A DNA stretch of 64,000 nucleotides from Bdellovibrionales bacterium (GTDB lineage: Bacteria; Pseudomonadota; Alphaproteobacteria; UBA9219), in contig JBAZNY010000002.1 in the NCBI GenBank assembly GCA_041649025.1, forward strand, positions 70,694-134,693. The letters are read 5' to 3'. The translations under genes and the position numbers were made by a program. Each line of letters starts with the position of its first letter. The first letter of the stretch is position 1. Shown in pieces: positions 28,190-36,013 of this stretch. The notes under the pieces were generated by a model, which was not told the DNA's origin, searched no databases, and saw only the letters and a list, made by a program, of their open reading frames with translations.

Positions 28190-28473
28190 TTGGATTTCTC
28201 CTCGTTCGCCTTTGCTTCCTTGAATTTGGCAAGAAGGCGCGAAAATGAGCCAATCGCCGGACGGTCGGTCGGCGGCTCAATGAAATTCGCGGAACTCAGT
28301 ATGCTAAGGCCCGTGTGCGAGAAAGCCTGAAGAAACGCTTCACGGGCTGCTGAAGAGTCGAAAGTTCCCTGAAGAATGACGCTGTAGCGCAACTGAGGGT
28401 TTAACGAAGGAGCGACACGCGATGCTGCATCTTCTTTATGTAACGAGAAGGCTACTGTGTTGTCCCTCATCAT
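28186..28473 (-). CDS. hypothetical protein (first gene of a 3-gene overlapping set)
   Basis: 95 aa ORF with a 4 bp overlap to the downstream gene. No recognised motif. Confidence 0.4.
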   Translation of the reverse strand: MMRDNTVAFSLHKEDAASRVAPSLNPQLRYSVILQGTFDSSAAREAFLQAFSHTGLSILSSANFIEPPTDRPAIGSFSRLLAKFKEAKANEEKSK

Positions 28474-28693
28474 ATAAACCCTGAAATAGCGTTTAATTAA
28501 TGAGGCTAGTGTCTGCCGCCCAAGATAGAAGTTCCACGTTCCATCTCGTTGTTTTTCGTCAATTTCGGCTGGAAGAATTGACGAAAAACACTGTTTGTAT
28601 TTATTCGTCGTTTGTGAGGACTGTTCTTGTGAAGAAAAGAATGAAAACGCGGCAAGTAGATTTGCCGCGTTGGGATGCTTTATCAGAATATGG

Positions 28694-29344
28694 TTAGAAA
28701 CTTATCGCCGACGCTTCATTCCAGAGAGACAGAAAGTCTTTTCGTTCGCCTTGAGCGACCCAGGCGATATCGTAAATAACCGCCATGTAATTCAATGCGC
28801 CGTCCGTCAGAACATGGGCGTACTTATTCCCGTAGATAAACATCGAAACTGCGCCGCAGGGGCGATGATCAACCATCCGGCAAGGAAAGAAAGGCTTCTG
28901 AAACGAAGGCTTCGCGATGTCAGACATCAAACACTTGATATCAACAACGGCGCGCAGGGCTTCCAACCGATCCATATTGCTGAGAAAATCGACACCGCAT
29001 TTCCGTGTTAGAATCTTGTCATCCTTCGTAAATACGAGGATTTCTTTCTGTTCCTGATCGATGGTCTTGCAAATATCTTCAAAGAACAGATCGCAACTAT
29101 CGACCCCTCTCAACGTACACACGCCGAAATCGCGGCGGCGAACGCCCTCGCCTTCCGTAAATTCAAGCCCATTGTCCTGAAGCGTCGTGCAAATATCTTG
29201 CAAGGTAGTAATGCGCGGAATTTTTCCAAGTTCCATCGTCCTGATGGTCGAAATGGAAACGCAAGACTTCTCTGCCAGGTCTTCTTGAGACCAGTCGAGC
29301 AAGGCTCTTGCCGCCTTGATTTGTCCTGCACTGACTGGACGCAT
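28694..29344 (-). CDS. XRE-family HTH regulator with an unassigned C-terminal domain
   Basis: N-terminus IKAARALLDWSQEDLAEKSCVSISTIRTMELGK...GLEFTEGEGVRRR. Paralogue of 30192-30857. Confidence 0.7.
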   Translation of the reverse strand: MRPVSAGQIKAARALLDWSQEDLAEKSCVSISTIRTMELGKIPRITTLQDICTTLQDNGLEFTEGEGVRRRDFGVCTLRGVDSCDLFFEDICKTIDQEQKEILVFTKDDKILTRKCGVDFLSNMDRLEALRAVVDIKCLMSDIAKPSFQKPFFPCRMVDHRPCGAVSMFIYGNKYAHVLTDGALNYMAVIYDIAWVAQGERKDFLSLWNEASAISF

Positions 29345-29373
29345 ATTATAAATCCTTCAAAAAAATTCAAAAA

Positions 29374-29727
29374 TCAGTTCATCGCCATTCGAGGATCGAG
29401 ATCAACGAGATAAGCAACGGCTTTGTCAAAATCATTCCGACGAATCTTTTGAATGTCGTCGGTTCTAAAATAATCTTCTACAAGGGAACGAATAACGACT
29501 TCATTGAACTTGTGGGTATATGCAACATAGTCAATAAGCGCGCGAACCGAAGATAATTCCAAACCATTCAGAGTTGGTTCATCGGAACACAAGCCTTCCA
29601 GTGCAGCGTGCAACGCCTTGATAGCAGGATGAAAAACATCTTCTTTCTGGGCAGACACCGACAGCTCGGATTCCTTATTATCGTTGGAAGGGCCTTCTGA
29701 AGAATTGGTGTTGTGCGTTTTGCTCAT
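29374..29727 (-). CDS. hypothetical protein
   Basis: I prefer the internal start MSKTHNT of the 227 aa ORF. The upstream part of that ORF overlaps a better-looking 61 aa ORF in another frame. Confidence 0.35.
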   Translation of the reverse strand: MSKTHNTNSSEGPSNDNKESELSVSAQKEDVFHPAIKALHAALEGLCSDEPTLNGLELSSVRALIDYVAYTHKFNEVVIRSLVEDYFRTDDIQKIRRNDFDKAVAYLVDLDPRMAMN

Positions 29728-29732
29728 GATGA

Positions 29733-29918
29733 TTATCTGGCAACCGCCGTCATGGGCAGAAATTCGGTTGTATCGGGATGGGATAAAAGCGAGGCCCAAC
29801 GTTTTTCCAAGGGAATATTTGTATTGGCAACAATGCCTTGGTAGCGCTCCATACGCTCGATCAAATCTTGAACGCCAAATTCTCCATGGCGCATCATAAA
29901 ATCGTGATAATCCGGCAT
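29733..29918 (-). CDS. hypothetical small protein
   Basis: 61 aa ORF (MPDYHDFMMRHGEFGVQDLIERMERYQ...) that ends 6 bp before the MSKTHNT start. Confidence 0.3.
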   Translation of the reverse strand: MPDYHDFMMRHGEFGVQDLIERMERYQGIVANTNIPLEKRWASLLSHPDTTEFLPMTAVAR

Positions 29919-30191
29919 AATAAGGCTCCGTAATAATTATTTTTGTCTTCCAATATTGGGCAATATATATGGCGGTCTCACTGAAAGCAATTAGAAATTG
30001 TGTTTCATATCGTCCCGCGCTTGATCTCATATCAACTTCAATGGTTGGCATGCCCACAGTAGTTAACAGAAGTTAATTATAAAACTACCTTTTTTGGGTA
30101 GGAACATGCCTTTTGGAGGTAAAAAACATATTGTTCTTGAGTTTTTCAAAAAATAATTTTATAACAAGCGCCACTTGATGTGGGGTATATA

Positions 30192-30857
30192 ATGCCAACA
30201 GGAAAACAAATACGAGCTGCACGCGTTCTGGCTGGGTGGGACATAAAAGACCTCGCCCCACGCGCGGGACTGAGTGTAACCGCCGTTCAGAACATTGAAA
30301 CGGGCGTAGTTCCCAAAACATCTACAATTGAAAGAATCGTCAGAGCATTTTCTGGTGCAGGAATTGAGTTCACTGACAATGAAGGTGTGCGTCGTCGCCC
30401 TCAAGGTGTGGAGATATTTGAAGGCCAAGAGCGTTTCGAGGAATTTACAAATTTTGTTTATGAGCAAATCAAAGAGCACGGTGGACATATTTGTTTGAGC
30501 GTGACTGACGAGCGATTGTTTTCAAAGTATCGCACGAATACCATAGACTACTATGAAAGAATGAAGGATTTGTTCAATCGAGGAGTGATTAAATCCTTTC
30601 GCATATTGGCTAACAAGAGCAACTTTGCAACGAAGTATACTTATAGCACCTACAAGTGGCAGCCTGAAACAACAATGGCACCAACGGCTTTTTATACGTT
30701 TGCCGATTACCTTGCACTTATATCCTTTGAACATAGCAATCCCCCATACGTCCTAGTTATTCAATCAGCGGCTTTGGCTGATTCCTATCGTCGCGCTTTT
30801 GAGATCGCTTGGGCGGCGGGGAAAGAACCTCCGAAAACAAAGGGGGGTAAATCTTGA
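30192..30857 (+). CDS. XRE-family HTH regulator with an unassigned C-terminal domain
   Basis: MPTGKQIRAARVLAGWDIKDLAPRAGLSVTAVQNIETG...GIEFTDNEGVRRR. The stop overlaps the start of the downstream GNAT gene. Confidence 0.7.
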   Translation: MPTGKQIRAARVLAGWDIKDLAPRAGLSVTAVQNIETGVVPKTSTIERIVRAFSGAGIEFTDNEGVRRRPQGVEIFEGQERFEEFTNFVYEQIKEHGGHICLSVTDERLFSKYRTNTIDYYERMKDLFNRGVIKSFRILANKSNFATKYTYSTYKWQPETTMAPTAFYTFADYLALISFEHSNPPYVLVIQSAALADSYRRAFEIAWAAGKEPPKTKGGKS

Positions 30858-31531
30858 CCTGTGTCCAAATCCAATCAGTAGGCGCAGCCTCTTTGCCACA
30901 ACAATTTGAGCTTAGGCCTTTAACCGGGAATGACACTTCGGCTTATTTTGAGCGGCGTGATCATATTTTGAAAATCGGCGAAGGTCATTTTTTCAGCGAT
31001 TCATACGAGCGAGAAGATAAATTAATAACTGAACAGAAACGACGCGATTGGTGCACAGAAAAGCACGATCATTGTATTTTGGGCGCATTTGCCGACCGGA
31101 ATCTTGTTGGTTTTGTTATGATTACGCAATACGGCCCGCCAGCGGACAAAACCGTTGAGTGGGAGGCCGCTTGGGTTGATCCTCGCTATCGCGGCACCGG
31201 ACTTACAAAAGCACTTTATGAAGAAGTGGAAAAGTGGACCGTCTCTGAGGGATACCGCTTTGTTAAATCGTTTATCCGAGAAGATAACAAACGTTGGTTA
31301 GACATTCGCCGCAGGACGGGGTTTGTCGAAATCGGCACCAAATATGTTTCTCACTGGGCGGATAACACAGACGGAAACATGGTTATCCTCATACGTGATC
31401 TTTCTGTTCCAAAACCTCAGCAACAGAAATCGCTCCATTTTCTTGAAGACACCATTTCTTCTTTGGAGGGTCTTCCTGCTGTTTCGCACGGCATAGTAAG
31501 AGCGCGAAAGGTGCAGGCGTTAGGTCTATAG
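30854..31531 (+). CDS. GNAT-family N-acetyltransferase
   Basis: LVGFVMITQY...AAWVDPRYRGTGLTKALYEEVEKW is an acetyl-CoA-binding (R/Q-x-x-G-x-G/A type) motif. The TTG start overlaps the upstream stop (TTGA). Confidence 0.65.
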   Translation: MTCVQIQSVGAASLPQQFELRPLTGNDTSAYFERRDHILKIGEGHFFSDSYEREDKLITEQKRRDWCTEKHDHCILGAFADRNLVGFVMITQYGPPADKTVEWEAAWVDPRYRGTGLTKALYEEVEKWTVSEGYRFVKSFIREDNKRWLDIRRRTGFVEIGTKYVSHWADNTDGNMVILIRDLSVPKPQQQKSLHFLEDTISSLEGLPAVSHGIVRARKVQALGL

Positions 31532-31743
31532 CGGATCACATATTATTTTTCAGAAGACTGAAGAAGAAATTTGTTGTAGTCTGTTCGTAACTCAGGGGGA
31601 GAGAAAAAAATCGAGACCTCAAGTTTTAGGGATTTGAATTCTCGGTTTTCAGGAAATCCCTTTTGGGGATATAAGTGGGGGCATAAGAGGAAATTATGAT
31701 CGGTGATTGTTTAGCAATATCAATCTAATACAAGCCGCGTCCT

Positions 31744-31762
31744 AATCCCTCCGTCTCCGCCA
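31744..31762 (+). repeat. direct repeat of the tRNA-Ser 3' end (att-like, exact 19/19)
   Basis: aatccctccgtctccgcca is identical to 15414-15432 inside tRNA-Ser. Confidence 0.9.
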
Positions 31763-31801
31763 TTCTCATCCGACCCGCCGATTGGCGGGTCGGATGAGAA
31801 T
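31762..31801. repeat. perfect 18-bp-stem hairpin abutting the att-like repeat
   Basis: attctcatccgacccgcc-gatt-ggcgggtcggatgagaat, read directly. Confidence 0.85.
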
Positions 31802-31939
31802 GGAGAAAGCGGGATTCGAACCCGGCAAAAGGGTTCGATGGCAAGCCATTCAAATAGCGTTCGCGGAAGCTCCGCGAACGCACAAAAACAAAAATTTATG
31901 GCGCAGACAGGGCGAGCGGCGCGACAGCGCCGAGAAGCC

Positions 31940-31958
31940 AATCCCTCCGTCTTCGCCA
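31940..31958 (+). repeat. second direct repeat of the tRNA-Ser 3' end (18/19)
   Basis: aatccctccgtcttcgcca differs at one position from 15414-15432. Confidence 0.8.
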
Positions 31959-32070
31959 TAAATATAAGGGACGCTTGGCTCTTTTTTATTATGACATAGT
32001 GGGTTTCGAAACCGACAAAAGGGTTGATGGCAATCTTAGCTTAGAGGTAAGACAATCACGTTAAAGTTTT

Positions 32071-32724
32071 ATGCGGGGCTACTCAATGACAGAACAAGAG
32101 CTTTTAGATATTCTGAAAGAGACGGGCGGGTATATTACAGGAAGCCACATTGTCACGACTTCCGGAAAACATATTGATACCTACCTGAACAAGGATGCAA
32201 TCTATCCGCATACGCATGTCACTTCTGCGGTGTGCAAAGCAATGGCCGAACTGTTTGTGGATTCGAATATCGAAGCGGTGGTCGGACCAGCGCTTGGGGG
32301 CATCATCCTGTCGCAGTGGACCGCCTATCACCTGAGTGAGCTCACGGGAAAGGAAGTCCTCGGCATCTATGCTGAGAAGACAGCAAATAAGGATCAAATC
32401 CTCACGAGAGGATATGACGCCCTCGTTCGCGGAAAGCGGGTTCTTGTTGTTGAAGATATTCTTACTACGGGACAATCACTTGCGAAGGTCGTTCGCAGTG
32501 TTAAGGAGGTTGGAGGGATAGTCGTAGCTGCGTGCGCAATGATAAACAGGGCTCCTGACAAGGTCGATTCGACCGTTGTCGGCGCTCCTCTTAAAACCCT
32601 TGCCGAGCTTCGCCTGCCCGCTTGGGACAAGGCCGATTGCCCCCTGTGCAAAAACAACGTTCCAATTAATACGACAGTCGGCAAAGGCCGTGAGTATCTT
32701 GCACAACTTCAGCAAAAAGATTAG
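32071..32724 (+). CDS. type I phosphoribosyltransferase, orotate-PRTase-like
   Basis: PRPP-binding loop VLVVEDILTTGQSL. The N-terminus LLDILKETGGYITGSHIVTTSGKHIDTYL resembles the PyrE-like subfamily. The start could be the Met at 32086. Confidence 0.6.
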   Translation: MRGYSMTEQELLDILKETGGYITGSHIVTTSGKHIDTYLNKDAIYPHTHVTSAVCKAMAELFVDSNIEAVVGPALGGIILSQWTAYHLSELTGKEVLGIYAEKTANKDQILTRGYDALVRGKRVLVVEDILTTGQSLAKVVRSVKEVGGIVVAACAMINRAPDKVDSTVVGAPLKTLAELRLPAWDKADCPLCKNNVPINTTVGKGREYLAQLQQKD

Positions 32725-32826
32725 CCACAGTATAATCGCCCTTTACCATAAATAACATTTTTGAAAGAATTGCGCCTACGCTACACTTGCCTCCATTGGT
32801 TTTTTTCATTTTGAACAGAGAGAATT

Positions 32827-33855
32827 ATGCAGGACCTTCGTATTCCAAAAAATTCAGCCGATGTTTATTCGTACGCAAAAGAGTGGGAAGCCCTCTACGG
32901 CGACGATTTCTTTTTCGTCACCGGAAACGTCAAGAGCCTTCCCGACCGGCCGCGCCTTATGGATTATTCCATTCTCGGAAATACCGTTTTCACCCTGTCC
33001 GATAAGGTCGCCGTCAATCCCCACATCTCCGGCTTCGGCCTGACGCAAGACCAGATGGCGCGACGCGAGATATTTTTTGAGCTCCGCGAAGACGGAAAGC
33101 AAAGCGGCGTGCCGCAAGACAGGTTTCCTACGATTGCCGATGTGCGCAAGCAGAAAGAATCCGGAAAGGGCGTCACTCTTTTCTCGGGCGGCGCAGAGGT
33201 TTTTGTTCGTCAGGAAGAAGAGCGCGGCCCCGCCTATCGCTGGGGGCTCTTTGCGCGCACGGAATCCTCGACCTACGGCATGCTTACGGGGCCGAACGGC
33301 CTTTGCTCCGGCCCGCACACGGCGGAGATCGAGGCCGTTGATGAGTTCACCCCTGTGGACGTCAAATCCGAAAATGAGTCTATCGTCTATGGCCTTGTCT
33401 TCGACGATCGGCTTCAAAGCCTTCAAACGACCAAATCCGTCAAGCATAGGCAAGCGAGCGTCATCTCAAAAAATCTCATGGCGGAGGGTTTTTCCGGTAA
33501 ATTGAAATGCGGCACGCTGACGACATCGCCTCTTACGATCAAAGGATTAACGGTCAACCGCCATGCGGCGATATGCGATGGGTCAGGCAACTATTGCAGC
33601 ATAGATTATGGGTTTCTGGTTTTCGAGCACGACCAAAGCACGGTCAACCTGCGCAAGATCGTTGGCGTCACGCCGCCTAAAGATGCCGTCATTCACTTGA
33701 CCGACGGAGAGTATTTATCTCCGGGCAACAGACCGGGCAAATTGTATGATTCGGATTCTCTTGAGGTTGCCGTCAGGGATAACGGGGCTTTGTCCTCACT
33801 ACTCGCACTCCAAGAACATCTCAAAAAACACGAAAGCTGGCCGCAACCTTTGTAA
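32827..33855 (+). CDS. hypothetical protein
   Basis: 342 aa ORF with good coding appearance and no recognised motif. Confidence 0.5.
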   Translation: MQDLRIPKNSADVYSYAKEWEALYGDDFFFVTGNVKSLPDRPRLMDYSILGNTVFTLSDKVAVNPHISGFGLTQDQMARREIFFELREDGKQSGVPQDRFPTIADVRKQKESGKGVTLFSGGAEVFVRQEEERGPAYRWGLFARTESSTYGMLTGPNGLCSGPHTAEIEAVDEFTPVDVKSENESIVYGLVFDDRLQSLQTTKSVKHRQASVISKNLMAEGFSGKLKCGTLTTSPLTIKGLTVNRHAAICDGSGNYCSIDYGFLVFEHDQSTVNLRKIVGVTPPKDAVIHLTDGEYLSPGNRPGKLYDSDSLEVAVRDNGALSSLLALQEHLKKHESWPQPL

Positions 33856-33914
33856 TCAGAATAAGTCGGCTGGCTTACGGCGCGCCCTGTGGGTAGACTG
33901 CGTTTCGACTCAAC

Positions 33915-34478
33915 ATGGAAGCCTTTCTTGTCTCAACGGGCATTGTGGCCCTTGCCGAAATCGGCGACAAAACCCAGCTTTTGTCCTTCATTCTGGCTGC
34001 GAAATTCCGCAAGCCATGGCCGATTATGATCGGCATCCTTCTGGCGACTTTGGCCAACCACAGTTTTGCCGGCGCGATCGGTTCGTGGATCACCACGCTT
34101 GTTGAGCCGGATACGCTCCGTTGGATTCTCGGCCTTTCCTTTATCGCCATGGCGGCATGGACTCTCATTCCCGATACGTTCGATGAAAAAGACGCGGGCG
34201 CGGCGCGTTTTGGCGTTTTCGGCACGACGCTTGTCGCCTTTTTCCTTGCTGAAATGGGCGACAAAACGCAAATCGCGACAGTCGCCCTTGCCGCTCACTA
34301 CAAAAACCTGTTTGCCGTCGTCGCCGGAACGACCCTTGGCATGATGCTGGCGAACGTCCCCGCCGTCATTTTAGGCAATAAAATAGCCGACAAAATGCCC
34401 GCAAAGTTGGTGCACAGAATCGCCGCCGCAACCTTTATCGCGCTTGGGGTTGCGACTCTTCTCGGTACCGGCGTATAA
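33915..34478 (+). CDS. UPF0016 (GDT1/TMEM165/MneA-like) cation transporter
   Basis: Two copies of the E-x-G-D-K-T motif (AEIGDKTQLL and AEMGDKTQIAT) in a roughly 6-TM protein. Confidence 0.85.
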   Translation: MEAFLVSTGIVALAEIGDKTQLLSFILAAKFRKPWPIMIGILLATLANHSFAGAIGSWITTLVEPDTLRWILGLSFIAMAAWTLIPDTFDEKDAGAARFGVFGTTLVAFFLAEMGDKTQIATVALAAHYKNLFAVVAGTTLGMMLANVPAVILGNKIADKMPAKLVHRIAAATFIALGVATLLGTGV

Positions 34479-34507
34479 GCGTTAGTTCTCTCTTTTGCGG
34501 TGTTCTC

Positions 34508-35863
34508 ATGTTCGAAACGGCTTATTCTTGGGTTGGTCCCGCGATCCTCATTGTGTTTGTTCTTGCCTACGGATTTGTCTTTGCGGAAGAGAAGCTTCAC
34601 TTGCGCAAATCAAAGCCCATGATGATCGGCGCTGGCTTGATATGGATATTTGTCGCCATCGCCTTTCATGCCGAGGGACGCCAGAGCGAGGTTGCCCAAA
34701 AACTTAACGTCATTTTGGTCGAATACACGGGCTTACTCTTGTTCCTTTTATCCGCCATGAGCTTTGTCAACACGATGGTGGAGCGAAACGTTTTCGAATC
34801 CTTGCGTTCGCGCCTTATGGCGGCAAGGTTTTCGACGCGGAGTATCTTCTGGATCACGGGAGCATCAGCGTTTTTTCTTTCCCCTATTGCGGACAATCTT
34901 ACAACCGCGCTCGTGCTGGGCACTGTTATTTTATCCTGTCTGGCAGGAGATAAAAAAGCGACGGCAGGCGCCTTGGTCAGCGTCGTCGTCGCGGCCAATG
35001 CCGGCGGCACTTTTTCGCCGTTCGGCGACATTACGACCCTGATGATTTGGCAAAAAGGCGTTGTGGAATTTCAACAGTTCTTTGCCCTCTTCCTTCCCGT
35101 TCTTGTATGCTGGCTTGTCCCCGCCGCGCTTATTTCAATAACGCTTAAAGACAAACCTTCGACGGCTTCGTGCGAAATTGTCAAAGTCCGCAAAGGCGGA
35201 TACGTCGTTGTCGGCCTTTTTCTGGCGACCATCGCGACAACAGTGCTTCTGGATCATGAACTGGGGCTGCCCCCGTTCCTCGGCATGATGATGGGCTTCG
35301 GCGCCCTTAATCTGTACGGTTATTTTCTTCACGGCTCAGAATCCCGCCTCCTGTCCGAAACGCCCATCGCGTCGGCCTCCTCTCCCCATAACGGGGCTTC
35401 ATGGCCTTCGCGCAAGCCTTTTGATATTTCCGATATTCTGGAAAAGATCGAATGGGACACTCTGCTGTTCTTTTATGGCGTCATGCTGTGTATCGGCGGC
35501 ATCGGCGCCATGGGATATCTGGATAACTTCTCAAAAATTCTTTACACCGACCTTGGAAGCACAACGGCGAATATTTCCGTCGGCATTCTGTCGGCCATCG
35601 CGGGCAATATCCCGTTGACCTTTGCCGTTTTGACGATGAACCCGCCCATGGATTTGGGACAATGGCTGCTTATGACGTTAATGGTAGGCGTCGGCGGCTC
35701 TCTTTTGTCGATAGGATCGGCGGCGGGAGTCGCTTTGATGGGCATCGGCAGAGGAACCTATACATTCGCCTCTCACTTAAAATGGACATGGGCAATTTTG
35801 TTGGGCGTTGCCGCAAGCGTCGCCGTTCATTTCGCAATCAACAAGGCTTTGTTCTTGCTCTGA
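34508..35863 (+). CDS. NhaD/ArsB-superfamily ion transporter (NhaD-like Na+/H+ antiporter)
   Basis: 451 aa polytopic membrane protein. The N-terminal FVFAEEKLHLRKSKPMMIGAGLIW resembles NhaD. Confidence 0.65.
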   Translation: MFETAYSWVGPAILIVFVLAYGFVFAEEKLHLRKSKPMMIGAGLIWIFVAIAFHAEGRQSEVAQKLNVILVEYTGLLLFLLSAMSFVNTMVERNVFESLRSRLMAARFSTRSIFWITGASAFFLSPIADNLTTALVLGTVILSCLAGDKKATAGALVSVVVAANAGGTFSPFGDITTLMIWQKGVVEFQQFFALFLPVLVCWLVPAALISITLKDKPSTASCEIVKVRKGGYVVVGLFLATIATTVLLDHELGLPPFLGMMMGFGALNLYGYFLHGSESRLLSETPIASASSPHNGASWPSRKPFDISDILEKIEWDTLLFFYGVMLCIGGIGAMGYLDNFSKILYTDLGSTTANISVGILSAIAGNIPLTFAVLTMNPPMDLGQWLLMTLMVGVGGSLLSIGSAAGVALMGIGRGTYTFASHLKWTWAILLGVAASVAVHFAINKALFLL

Positions 35864-36013
35864 TGCGCCGCGTTTTGGCCTTATATTTCTTTCTGCAACG
35901 CTTGCTGTGCCGATTCCCAAGTGTTACGATTTGCGTCGATTCTACCTCAGGTGGTTTCAAGCGCGTAAAGGCCTTAATATCCCTCCCCCTTTTTGTCCTA
36001 AGGTTTTCTGTAA

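Noticed and set aside
29374-30057. The 227 aa ORF treated as a single gene.
   Set aside because: The N-terminal 110 codons look non-protein-like (W/R/Y-rich). They overlap a more plausible 61 aa ORF in another frame that ends 6 bp before an internal Met. I therefore split it into two low-confidence genes.
31801-31850. A possible minus-strand tRNA gene suggested by tggagaaagcgggattcgaaccc.
   Set aside because: Only the T-arm and acceptor 3' half are recognisable. The upstream sequence cannot form anticodon or D arms, so it is interpreted as an att-site or tRNA remnant.
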